From a virus (lineage: Duplodnaviria > Caudoviricetes): a stretch of 64,000 bases of DNA. Position 1 is the stretch's first letter. Every line of letters starts with the position of its first letter. Location of the stretch: positions 8,249 to 72,248 of the IMG/VR virus record IMGVR_UViG_2871105481_000001; one strand, given 5' to 3'. Both the position numbers and the translations under genes were made by a program. The notes under the pieces were generated by a model that searched no databases, was not told the DNA's origin, and saw only the letters and a program-made list of their open reading frames with translations. Of this stretch, positions 10,096-21,900 are shown one piece after another.

Positions 10096-10124
10096 TTCAA
10101 TTATTATTTTACCTAAAAATAGTT

Positions 10125-10517
10125 ATGCAGATAAATGAAATAGAGTTTGCTAAGCCTTTACCGTTTTCTGTAAGATTCACTTTAGCACTTAAATTGACAA
10201 GACAAAAATTTTATAAAGGAAGAACATTAGAATCTGTGATAATGGACTTAATAACAGATGGTAAGCCTTCATATGAAGAAATACAGATACTTAATAGAGT
10301 TTTCAGGTTTGGGCATAGTGGAAATCAAAAACAGGATAACATAAGGAGGTTTTTTGTTGAAGTTTTTAATGATGAAGATTATTTACTTGATGTAATAAAT
10401 AAAAAAGCTACTTACAAAGCTTTTATCCCTTCTAAAACAGATACTGATTTAGTTTCAAATACTCTTAATTCTATATTCAATGAAACATTTAGCAAACTAG
10501 GTATTAATGGTGTATAA
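10125..10517 (+). CDS. Hypothetical protein upstream of terminase
   Basis: ORF track 10080-10517; ATG 10125 more plausible because it avoids overlap with the divergent gene. Confidence 0.55.
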   Translation: MQINEIEFAKPLPFSVRFTLALKLTRQKFYKGRTLESVIMDLITDGKPSYEEIQILNRVFRFGHSGNQKQDNIRRFFVEVFNDEDYLLDVINKKATYKAFIPSKTDTDLVSNTLNSIFNETFSKLGINGV

Positions 10518-10534
10518 GGCTATATTAGTCGTAC

Positions 10535-11104
10535 ATGGCAAAAAGACAATCTTTTACAGAACAAGCTAAAAGTGAAATGCCCTCTTTTATTAAGAAGGCA
10601 ATAGATGACTTATTGGATGTAATGGATAGTAATATTGTTTATCCTAAAAACAAAAATGGACAGGTTTTAGAAAACAAACTCCTAACTATTGTCAAAGCTA
10701 GGGAGGATGTTTACAATGAACTATGTGGATTAATGGATTTAATCAGTATTGACAAATCTTCTGACACAAAATACAAATCAAAAATTATACAGGGATTAAA
10801 AACAACTTGGCATGAATTAACAAGAATTACATGTAGGAGTATTGGTGGTGAAAGTACTGTTGACTTTACTAATTATACCCAATATGATGAGCCTGAAGAA
10901 GATTTAGAATGTTATGGTTCTCGACAATTCACATCTGACGATAATCTTTCATCTATTGCAAAATCAAAAGGGCTTTCTGCTAGAGTTGCAACAAAAATAA
11001 TTGAACGTATAGAATTACTAGAAGATAAGGAATCAGTACAGAGGCAAAAGATTGAAAATAAGAAAATAGGAGGAATACCAGAGCGTTTTGCAAAAGTTAG
11101 ATAA
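10535..11104 (+). CDS. Probable terminase small subunit
   Basis: 189 aa, helical, overlaps the start of TerL; assignment is positional only. Confidence 0.4.
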   Translation: MAKRQSFTEQAKSEMPSFIKKAIDDLLDVMDSNIVYPKNKNGQVLENKLLTIVKAREDVYNELCGLMDLISIDKSSDTKYKSKIIQGLKTTWHELTRITCRSIGGESTVDFTNYTQYDEPEEDLECYGSRQFTSDDNLSSIAKSKGLSARVATKIIERIELLEDKESVQRQKIENKKIGGIPERFAKVR

Positions 11105-13325
11105 ATCATATAGAAAAAGTATACATCGTATTGTCCATAACTATATTCCTGATGAAGTTATAAAAAAAAGGAATAAAGAAAAGTCATGGGATTATGGCTA
11201 CCATTCTATTGAAGATATGGTTGTCATTTCTAAAGATGGAACTATAGGACATGTTATTGAAATCAATGATTTATTAATTGCATTACCATCTCAAGTTAAT
11301 AATATTAGAAATGAACTTGTTAAATCACAAAACCAAAAATGGGAACGATATGAAGTACCAACTGATTTAAAAGATTTTGATACTTTATATAATGAAGATA
11401 GTGCATCTTATGAACAAGCTTTAGAAGATATTTACAATATCCATGAAGATTTTATAATTAATGATTACAAACGAATTAGTGATGGTGATTGGGTTTATAT
11501 AGATGGTGAAGCTGTATACATACCAGGAGGTTATTACTTCTTCTTACAACACTATTTGTTGGTATCAGAAAAATATCCAGATTATAGGGAACCTCAAAGA
11601 GATTATTTTATATGGTTAGAAGCTTGTTATGCAGATAATAGATGTCTAGGAAGTCTTTTTCTTAAATCAAGACGTTTTTCTTTTTCAACATCTGCTGGTA
11701 GTGAATTACTAAGAGATGCTATAATTACTGTAAACGGTTTTTATCCAATTGTATCAAAAAAGGATGATGATGCAAATACTTTATTTTCTCAACATATTGT
11801 AAGACCATTAATAAAACTCCCAAAACATTTACAACCTAAGAGAAGTGGAGAGGCTAATCCTAAGAAGGAATTATACTTTGGTACCGTTCAAAGGAAAATG
11901 ACTGTTAATAATAAAGGAGTTAATAGTGATACTGGTCTTAATACAAAGATTAAACCTTATGCTACTACAGTCGATGCTTATGATGGTACACAGGTTACCA
12001 AATCTATCAATGATGAAATAGGTAAAATGAAGGGGAATCTTGATATTAATGAATATTGGGATCAAGCTCATAAAATGTGCCATATTATTGGTAGTAGAGT
12101 TGTTGGAAAAGCAATATGTGGTTCAACAGCTAACCCACCTAATAAAGGTGGAAAGAACTATGAAATATTCTATAACAATTCTAAATTATCAACTAGAGAT
12201 AAAACCGGAAAAACTTTAACTGGTCTTTATGCAATATTTATTGCTGCTGATTATTCTTTAATGGGATTCTTTGACGAATATGGTTATGTTATATATAATG
12301 ACCCAAAGGAACCAATAAAAAATGAATTAGGTGAAATAGTAGCAATTGGATCAAAAACATACTTAGACGCACAAGAAAACTCATGTGGCGATGATATACA
12401 AAAACTAAATTCACAAAAACGTAATAACCCAAGAGTTGATACTGATGCTTTTCTGGATGAAGATGCTTCTTCTATGTATGGAACTCCAGGTGTTATAGAT
12501 AGAATTCATGTCATAAGAGACTTTAAGAAAACAGAAGCTTATAAAGAACAGTACTTCAACTTTAATCTAGTTTGGAGAAATGGTATTAAAGATACAGAAG
12601 TTGATATTGTTAGATGCGATGAAGGGAGATTTACAGCGTGTTGGCTTCCTCCAGTTAGTGAACGCAACAAGTTTAAATTAGTAAATGGTAGAAAAGAACC
12701 TATCAATAGTCATTATGGTTCATGGTCTTGTGACCCTTATCAAGTTTCAAAGGTTGTTTTTGGTAAAGGATCAAAACAGGCTTTGGGGTTATTAACTAAA
12801 GAAGGAAATGAAGGTGTTCCAGAAAACACATTAGCTGTTTATTATAACTACCGTCCAGAAAGTGTTGATACTGCTGAAGAAGATGTGATAAAAGCAATTG
12901 TATTTTTCAGTATTCCAATTCTAGTAGAAATAAATAAAGATTCTTTAGTAAAGAAATTATATGACAGAGGATATAGAGGTTATTCTCTAGAAAATCCATT
13001 AAAGAAAAGAAGTGAGTTATCAGATACTGAAAAAAAATATGGAGGTATTCATGCAGTTGAAAAGAATATAAAAGAAATGGAAACTTTTCTTGAAACATAT
13101 TTAGTCAATAATCTTACTATTGATATAGATGAAAAGGATCTTAAAATTGGAATATTAGAGGTTCTTGAAAGCCTTACAACTTATTCTACTGATACTCGTA
13201 AAAAACATGATATAGTTGCCATGCTTCAAATGGCTGTAATAGCTAACTCTAAGGTTAATAAAAAGAAGGAAATACCTAAGCAAACTCAACATGAAGACAT
13301 CTATGGTTATTTTAAAGTAGGTTAA
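11088..13325 (+). CDS. terL: Terminase large subunit
   Basis: LKSRRFSFS Walker-A-like, INDEIGK Walker-B, GSTAN motif III, SCDPY and HDIV nuclease acidic residues. Confidence 0.85.
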   Translation: MQKLDKSYRKSIHRIVHNYIPDEVIKKRNKEKSWDYGYHSIEDMVVISKDGTIGHVIEINDLLIALPSQVNNIRNELVKSQNQKWERYEVPTDLKDFDTLYNEDSASYEQALEDIYNIHEDFIINDYKRISDGDWVYIDGEAVYIPGGYYFFLQHYLLVSEKYPDYREPQRDYFIWLEACYADNRCLGSLFLKSRRFSFSTSAGSELLRDAIITVNGFYPIVSKKDDDANTLFSQHIVRPLIKLPKHLQPKRSGEANPKKELYFGTVQRKMTVNNKGVNSDTGLNTKIKPYATTVDAYDGTQVTKSINDEIGKMKGNLDINEYWDQAHKMCHIIGSRVVGKAICGSTANPPNKGGKNYEIFYNNSKLSTRDKTGKTLTGLYAIFIAADYSLMGFFDEYGYVIYNDPKEPIKNELGEIVAIGSKTYLDAQENSCGDDIQKLNSQKRNNPRVDTDAFLDEDASSMYGTPGVIDRIHVIRDFKKTEAYKEQYFNFNLVWRNGIKDTEVDIVRCDEGRFTACWLPPVSERNKFKLVNGRKEPINSHYGSWSCDPYQVSKVVFGKGSKQALGLLTKEGNEGVPENTLAVYYNYRPESVDTAEEDVIKAIVFFSIPILVEINKDSLVKKLYDRGYRGYSLENPLKKRSELSDTEKKYGGIHAVEKNIKEMETFLETYLVNNLTIDIDEKDLKIGILEVLESLTTYSTDTRKKHDIVAMLQMAVIANSKVNKKKEIPKQTQHEDIYGYFKVG

Positions 13326-13330
13326 AAGTC

Positions 13331-15673
13331 ATGAATAATACACAACATTCATTTATAAATAATTTCCCACCAGAATTTGTTCCTAATTCTGAGAAAAAAA
13401 CTATTGAATATGGGAAGAAATATGCTATGGCTATGTGGCAAGAATGGACAGCTACTTATAGCTCTAGAGCTTTAAAATTTGAAAAACTTCGTAAATATGC
13501 CAATGGTAAACAGGATTTAGAAGATTGTAAGAAGAGATTATATTCAATGGATTTTGTTAATCAAGATATGTTAAATGTTGATTTTAACAAAAGAATTCCA
13601 ATACTTCCACGACAGCTTAGAAAAGCATATAATGGAATTAATATGGATGAATTTTCTATTAATGTATTTGCACTTGATCCAACGGCTTTAGAAGAAAAGC
13701 AAAATAGAAAAAAAGAAAAAGAAAAATTATTAAACGCTAAAGATTTCATTAATGATCTAACTCAATTAACTGGGCAAGAAATTGTTCCACAAGAAGCTAT
13801 TCCGCAAAGCCAAGAGCAGATAGATCTTGAAGAAGAAACAGCAGAACCATTGAAGATAGAACGTTCTGAACAATTAGGTATAAAAGCTGTTTTAATGGAT
13901 AATAACTTCAGTAATATTCAAGAGCAGTTAAAGAAAGATTTATTAATTGTTGACCTAGGTATTGTTTCTGTATGCACAGATAAAAATTCAGGCATTAAAA
14001 TTAATTATGAAAAACCAGAATCATATATTTATGAACCTGGATGCTTAGCTGATTTATCAAAATCAAATTATCATGGAGTTAGGAAGAGTATTACTGTTAG
14101 GGAATTAAGAAGAATAGCAATTAATAATGGAATAGAATTAGATGATGATATAGTTAACAAAATATGTAGAACCGATAAAATTCATGATGACAGGTATGTA
14201 GATGTTTTATTCTTTTCATTTAAAACTTCACATAATGATATTTTCAAGAAAAAGATAAACCGTAAAACCAGAAAGGTTTCATTTATTGAAAGAGAAAATT
14301 ATGATCCTAAACAACCTTCTGATATATCACAGAAAATTACTCAAAGTTACGATGTTTGGTATGAAGGTGTAGTTACATTAGATTCTACATATACAGTAAT
14401 AAAATATAACTTAATTGAAAATTTACCAGAATATAAAGGCGAAATACTACCACCATTTATTGGATGTTCTCCTAGATTAGGAAATTCAATTATTGAAGAA
14501 TGTATCGGTTTTATAGATGAAATACAAGCATTAGATTTTAAACGTCAGCACCTGGAATATGAATTAAGGGGCAATATTACAGAAATCGATTCAGACACAA
14601 TTGCAGATATATCGCTTGGTGAACAGGCATTAAAACCAAAAGAAGTATTAGCATTATATTTTACCCGGGGACTTTCTTTTAGAAAAACTAGAGATAAAGA
14701 TGGTGAAGATTTAAATTATAGTACAACTGCAATTAGAGAACAACCATCAGCAATACCATACGCATTAAGAGAAACTGTAGATCAGCTAACTCTACAAATA
14801 AATTTCTTAAAAGAACAGTTTGGGTTTGCAACAAATGATGAAACAAAACCAGCAGACCAAACATTACTAGATGGTGAACCTTATCGTTTATCTGATAATT
14901 TATCAATGAAAGATATTGTAGACGCAAACTTTAAATTAAGTCTAGATGTTTGTAGAACTGTAAGTGCAAGATTAAATGATATATTTAAATACTCTGATAT
15001 TAAAAATAAGTATATCAATATGATTGGAAGTGATGATATTGATACTATTGAGAAATATAAAAAGAATAGATCTTCTCATTACTTTGGTTTAGATATGGAT
15101 TATATACCTACTAGGAAAGAAAGAATGCAGTTAATTACTGATTTGAATTTCTATGTACAACAGGGTATGTTAGATCCTATTGACGCACAGGAATTACGTT
15201 GGACTAAAGATATAAAACTAGCTTATAAAATTGCTAGACTTCGTATTAATGAAAGACAGAAAAAGGCTCAACAGTTCGAAATGGATAAGCAATCTCAAGC
15301 AACAAATGGCAATGTTGAAGCTTCTAGGATTTCTAATGAGGAGAATCGCAAAACTTTACAACTTGAACATGATTTAGCACTTGTAAGAGATCGATTAAAA
15401 TTTGAAGACCAAGCTAAACTTACAGAGATTGATGGTAATTATAAACTAGAAATTGCAAATGTTGGAGCCGAAAACAAAATAAACCTAGATAAATTCAGAA
15501 AACAAATTGAAGTAAATCTAACTGAATATAAAAAAGATAGAGATGCCGAATTAAATAAATATAAACAAGATACTTCCTTTAAGAACCAAGCTGATTTAAT
15601 AAAACTAAGACGTGGAGAAATTCAAGATATAGGAAATAATCAGTTCCAAGAAGTAAACCTAAATAAAAATTAA
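13331..15673 (+). CDS. Portal protein
   Basis: 780 aa directly after TerL; LRKYANGKQD and FALDP..LEEK segments, long C-terminal coiled coil typical of large podoviral portals. Confidence 0.75.
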   Translation: MNNTQHSFINNFPPEFVPNSEKKTIEYGKKYAMAMWQEWTATYSSRALKFEKLRKYANGKQDLEDCKKRLYSMDFVNQDMLNVDFNKRIPILPRQLRKAYNGINMDEFSINVFALDPTALEEKQNRKKEKEKLLNAKDFINDLTQLTGQEIVPQEAIPQSQEQIDLEEETAEPLKIERSEQLGIKAVLMDNNFSNIQEQLKKDLLIVDLGIVSVCTDKNSGIKINYEKPESYIYEPGCLADLSKSNYHGVRKSITVRELRRIAINNGIELDDDIVNKICRTDKIHDDRYVDVLFFSFKTSHNDIFKKKINRKTRKVSFIERENYDPKQPSDISQKITQSYDVWYEGVVTLDSTYTVIKYNLIENLPEYKGEILPPFIGCSPRLGNSIIEECIGFIDEIQALDFKRQHLEYELRGNITEIDSDTIADISLGEQALKPKEVLALYFTRGLSFRKTRDKDGEDLNYSTTAIREQPSAIPYALRETVDQLTLQINFLKEQFGFATNDETKPADQTLLDGEPYRLSDNLSMKDIVDANFKLSLDVCRTVSARLNDIFKYSDIKNKYINMIGSDDIDTIEKYKKNRSSHYFGLDMDYIPTRKERMQLITDLNFYVQQGMLDPIDAQELRWTKDIKLAYKIARLRINERQKKAQQFEMDKQSQATNGNVEASRISNEENRKTLQLEHDLALVRDRLKFEDQAKLTEIDGNYKLEIANVGAENKINLDKFRKQIEVNLTEYKKDRDAELNKYKQDTSFKNQADLIKLRRGEIQDIGNNQFQEVNLNKN

Positions 15674-15899
15674 AAAACATTACCATGAAAAAAGTATTAA
15701 ATCTAAAAGTATTAAGAGATATTCCTAAAAATATTAAAATGGAGATCCAACAAACTGTTCGAAATAAAGTTAAAAGTTGTAAAACATGTAATAAAAGATG
15801 ATAACTAAAATTCAATTTTTATTGAATATTTAGGTTTATGGGGGTGTGGGCAGAAATGTCTGCACTTTTTTGTCAGATAAATATTAACTAATTCAGATA

Positions 15900-15937
15900 A
15901 AAATAGGCATCTATTATGTAGTATAGATGCCTATTTT
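15900..15937 (-). terminator. Intrinsic terminator after the giant gene
   Basis: 15-bp perfect stem AAAATAGGCATCTAT / ATAGATGCCTATTTT with an 8-nt loop, 2 nt past the stop at 15939. Confidence 0.8.
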
Positions 15938-15938
15938 A

Positions 15939-18900
15939 CTACTTTTTATTCTGCTTTATAACATTTTCGTACTCAGAAAATACTGCTTTTGATAATATCT
16001 TTTGAGATTGTAGTTGTTCAAAAAATCTTCTTTTTTCTGTTGATGACATACCTTCTGAGTATGTATAAATAAGCAATGCTTTATTCTTAACATTATTATT
16101 TGTTCCATATTTCACATCAAATACCATAGATGAAATACCATCTTTTTTGACAAGTGATTTAATTCGGTTAACTAAATCTTTTTGTATAACTGGATCTTTA
16201 GAATATCCTTCTATATCTGCAATTAAAGATTTTTCGTTTTTCAACAATTCATTTACTGAACCATATTTACTTAATATCTGTTTAGCTTTATTACGAGTTT
16301 CACCATATTCATCAGTATTTTTATCTAACTGTTCTTGAACCAATGCTTTTTTATTTAGTTGTCTATTAAAATCTGAAGTTTCACTTAAGATCCTTTTTAT
16401 AAATGAATCATAAATTACTCCTGCCCTTTTCTTAGCATCTACATCTGTTACTATAGCATCTGCTCCACCATACATTATACCAACAAATGGATTGGTCTGG
16501 GGGGATGTTATGATACTTTCAACTAATGCTTTCAATCTTACTGGTGAATCATCTAATGCTTTTCCTAATTCCTTATAGAACTCTTCTACATTTGCTTTAT
16601 CAGCACCTTCATATTTCCGGCTAACCTTACCAATATCAAAAGATAATGGTTGTTCTCTAAATGTATCATACCCAGTGTAATATTGTGTTAAACCTTTACT
16701 TGCAGGATTACTACCAATTAATTTAAATGCAGCATCAAAGTAACTTTGTGATTTACTAGGATCTTCTAATGCTGATGCTAAATGTGTTGGATCAATATTA
16801 TCACCTAATGCTTTTGTAAAATTCTTCCAGGTATTTTTTATACTTCCTCTTTTAGTCATCCCAACTGAACTACGGATATGATCTTCATAAGCCCCTTCAA
16901 ATAGAATTGATATTGGTGTTAATTGTTGGGCTTTTGCAATTCTTAAAACTTTCCATTGTTTTTCTTCTTTATCCCATCCTACAGGAATATTCCAATAATT
17001 CATTTTTTGAGAAGGAGAAATTCCATCAAGGAAATCTGCATATGATTTATTTACAGGTTCATCTTCTTTTTCTGGAGGTCTAATTAATCCCATAATGAAA
17101 TTAATCATTAAATGCATTCCTAATACAGGTAATCCAGCTGCTTGGATTATTCTCACTGAGGTATCAAGTGGATTTCTTTTTATAGCCTCCACCATTACTC
17201 TTGTACCTTGCGTTGCAGCGTTTAGATATGGAATAACAGCTTCAGCAGATTTTGTAAATGTTCCACCCTGGTTGAAATCTAATAACCCTCTTGATGAGGC
17301 AACAGCTTCATAATACATATTATTTTTGTCTTCATTAGATAATTCTTCAACAGATTTGTAAGATGTATTATTTAGCTTATTATATACTTTCAGTTGGTTT
17401 TGAAGTGATCTATCAAATACTGCAACTCTAAACATTGTTTCACTATAATTTGATAAAGACTTTAATCTTGCGAAATTGAATAAAGTACTTAATGTTTTTT
17501 TAGATTTTGGATCAATTCTACTATCAAAATAATTCCCAATAGTTTTATTAAGAGATGTTAAATCTTTAATTTCACCTTGTTGATTAAGCCACTCCATTCC
17601 TCCACCATACTCTAAATATTTAGTTAATAAAGTTGTTTTATTACTATTACGATGTTTATAAATCTCACCAATAGCTTTTATTGAATCTTTAGTTAACTGT
17701 GCTCCTGCCCTCAATAAAAAACTATTATATTCAGGCGAGAATAATAATGCATGAACAAAGTCTCGTGGTGTATTTGTAAATACAAAACCTGGGTTGTTTC
17801 CAGTTGCAAATGCTTTAACAAGTCTACTTCCAGACCATGTAGAAATAGTCTTAGCTAAATCTGAATTAACTAACTTGTCCATAGTGTCATGCCACATTTT
17901 ATGAAATTCTTCTTTCATGAATACCTGTTGACGAACACCATTCTCATAATAGTAAGCAATTTTATAACCTTCTGGTGTTGTAGATTCATACTTAGGCTTA
18001 CCACTTTCAGTAAATCCAATTATTCTATTTTCTTTAATATTACTTTGTAATTGTTTGAAATATTTATAGAACTTCTTATCACTCTCTGCAATATTATCCG
18101 AATTAATAGATTCATACTTTGCTTTAGCGTCTGGGTAATACTTAGTAAAGAATGTTCTATTTATTTCATTCATCCCAATAGCCTTATATCTACTGGCTAA
18201 TGTTGATTGAATTAACCATTTAGAATCCATTAACATATCAGATGCATCTCCTTCTGATAAACCTATAATTTGCTCTTTAGATAAATTTCCATTTTCATTT
18301 CTAAACATGGTTCTATCTGATGACATTAATTCTCCATCAGCATCTAATATATAACGTAGGAATTTTCTTGGTTGGTAGTCTACATCTTTTAATTCTTTAT
18401 ATACTTCATTACTTATAAGCCCACTTTCTTGCATATCAGATAAGATGGTTTTAAAAGCATCAAAATAAGCATCAGCCCTTTTATTAAGTTTTGTAAACGC
18501 ATCTTCTCCAATTTCAGATTTATATGCATCCAATGCTTTCTGTGCTGTACTTGCATCTTGGTATCCTGGATGATCTATAACTGGTAATCCCTTTTCTTCA
18601 CGATTTTTATCAATTGCAAGAAATCTTTTTGCAGCTATTATTTTATCTAGTAATTCTAATTCTGATCTGTTAAGTCCATCATATACACTTTTTTGAACTT
18701 TATCAAATTTTTCTTTGGCAATTGTAGAAGATCCTGCATAAGCAATCATTCTATTTGAAACTGCTTTTGCACCAATGTTTTCTAAAATTCTCTTTGGTAT
18801 AAATTGTCTATCAACACCAGATACTATTCCACGTTCTACTTTATTTTTCAACCAGGCTCTAAACTTTTGATTAAATGACATAACGTTACCATTTTCATCT

Positions 18901-21900
18901 TTAAACCTTTTAGTTAAAACTTCTTTCGAAGATTTATAAGAATCATCTAGTTTTTTTCTTGCTTCTTCAGGCGAAATAGTTTTATTAACTAATCTATTAT
19001 AAGCTGACTCTACCATTCTTTGTTCATCAATAGAATTAAAAGAATCTTTAATTTCCTGTAATGATTTACCAGAATTAAATTGTTGTTCAACAGTTTGGCT
19101 TACTTCATTATATTTATCAGTCGTTCTCTCTATTTGAGTTTTATTTCGTTCTTCTGCTTTCGTATTAATTTTATTAAATAATTCTGTAAACTTGTTGAAG
19201 TTTGAAATTGAATTACGGGTGCTTAGAATTCCAGTTGCAGCTTTTAGTAAACGCGAAACTTCAGTTGGAGTTATCTTCCCACTAATCATATTTTGATTAA
19301 GGAAAATTACAGTGTTATCATATGCTTCTTTTGCTTGCCTTTTTCTTTCTGCGACCTTTTCTCTATATGATTTATTAGATTTCCTTAATTCTTCAATTTT
19401 ATTTTTATAATTCTCATGTATCTTCTCAATTTTATTGAAGGCAATTTCTTTTTCTTTTTTAGAAGTTTGTTCTTTTACTTTTTCAACAGCAGTTTTTTTC
19501 TTATTAATCTGATCTTCACGATGAAGAATAACTTGCTCTTGCATAAGTTTTGTTATTCCTTCACTGTCAATTAAAGCTTTCTGTTTATCAGATAAACTTT
19601 TATAAAATGCAGACTCTTTAAATTTAGCTAACCCAGCCTCAATACCATTTGTTTCAGTTTCATTTAATACTTCTTGAATAGTTGATACTGGCATAAGTTT
19701 TTTAATCATAAATCTTACACCAGAATATGCTTGAAGATTAATTGAACCATCAGCTTCCTTTAATCTATTTATATGTTCATCAATAGACTTCTGTAATTGA
19801 AACTCTTGTTTTAATTCTGTGTTGTTTTTAAAACCAAACAATCCTTTTATATATTCTACAATTCTTGTTAATAAAGGTTTTGGTTCAGGATTATTCAAAT
19901 AGTCTAAATAATTATCAACTTCTGATTTAAAGTTGTCATTGGCAATATATTCAGCTATGAATTCATAATTATTAGAATAGCCATAAGCATTTGTTTTATT
20001 CGGATTCTTTAATGCTTCTTCGTAAGCTGAACGTGCTTCATTTCTAAATGTAAGTTCTTGTTCATTTAATTGTGAAGAGTCTATATTATCAGCTAGGTAG
20101 TATGAAGTGAAAACATGTGCTAATTCATGTTGTACTAATTTTGTTTTAAGAAAATTATTTAAATCTGTAGCTCCTTCTTTGATATAAATTGAATTTCCTT
20201 TCGCCTCACCTATTGCATCATTAAAAACTTGGGTAACAATGCCATCTAAAAGCTCTTGTCTTAAATATGATTCTTGATAAGTACCATTATCTATTAGAAC
20301 TTGATAATCCTTCAATAAGCCATCAACATATGAGTTTATTTCTTTTTCTGATTTATTGAATAAATTTTCATTTATAACATAAATTTTAGTATCAAATTTT
20401 CTTGCAAGATTCGCTATATCGTCTGAAATATTATATCCTTTTGCAATTAATTCATCTATACTAGTAGTATTATCTCCAAAGAAATTTGATAATTCAACAT
20501 CATCTTTTATCTTTAGCTTATTTGTATTATCTGTCCTAATAGAGAAATTAACATTATTTATACTAGGATTTTTAAATCCATTAATTAGGTCTATAGTTTC
20601 TTTTAAGAATTTAACATTGTTTGAATTTATATCTTCAGTTAATAATTTGATAGAATCTGTATTTTTATCATATCTAATTTTAACAATAGAATCACCAATA
20701 TTTATATTATCTCTTAGTACTTCAATTATTCCCTGCTTATTTATATATTTAATACCATCATAATTATTTAGTAATCTCGCTCTTAATCTATTAATATTAT
20801 TTAATGCAAATCCTGTTTTTATTGTATTTATTTTATCAGATGAGTTCTCTTCATTTAATGAAAGTATTAAAGCAATATTTTTATTATTAGAATTCTTTAA
20901 AGCAGTTAAAAATTCTAACCTATCCTTAGTTTTTTTACCGTCTTCATAATTATCAAAAACGGCAACTGGATCTTGAATATTATCTACTATATTTCTTAAA
21001 TTCTGAATATCTGAAATTTCATGTTTACTTTGTTTAATGATTTTATTAAATAAATATGATAAATTAACATTCATTTCATTATCAGAAACCCCTATTGATT
21101 TAAGTAAAGTACTTGGTCGCCCTAAATCAATTGTATAATTCTCATCATTAAATCTGCTTTCTTTTACAATTCTAATTGTATTTTCATTAGTTAGTTCTCC
21201 ATTTTTTAACTTCTCCTTATTTTTAAGGAATGTACTGTATTCTTTAATATGTCTTTTAGTAGATTCTGCAATATTATTAAGCTCATTACTCCCTAAACTA
21301 TAATTAATATTAGATGATTTTGAATTTTCAGAACTTAATATTTTTTCATTCATTAAGTCACCTAAAACTTTATTTGTAAAGTTATTTAAAGATATATTTG
21401 GATTTAAATTACCAATACCTAATACATCACCTATCTTATTGAAAAAGGCTCTAAACCACTGTACAAATTCAGCCATTTTCCCCCTAGCCTGACGTTCTTG
21501 AAATTGCCATTCTCCATAGTTACCTATATGAGTATTTAATGCTTCATTCCATAATTCGTTATCAGATAAATTATTATAATTACCTTCATATTTTAATCTA
21601 TTGAATATTTCTTTTCCGGTTTTAGTCTGTTTTAATAGTTCAACTCCATTTTTAAATCTACTTGGCATTAACTGTTCCCATAAATGGGAAAACTCATGTA
21701 TTGGAGTATTAGCATTTAGATATTCAGGGTTAATATAAATAGTACCATCTGGTAACTTTGCTCCATAAATAGTACCATTATTTTGCATGAATTTTATATC
21801 ATTATCACTTACAACTACATTGTTTGAACTTAGTTCATCTAAATTATTAATACCATCCAAAGTATTTTTATTTTTAATAAACTCATTCCAATCAGTAGTT

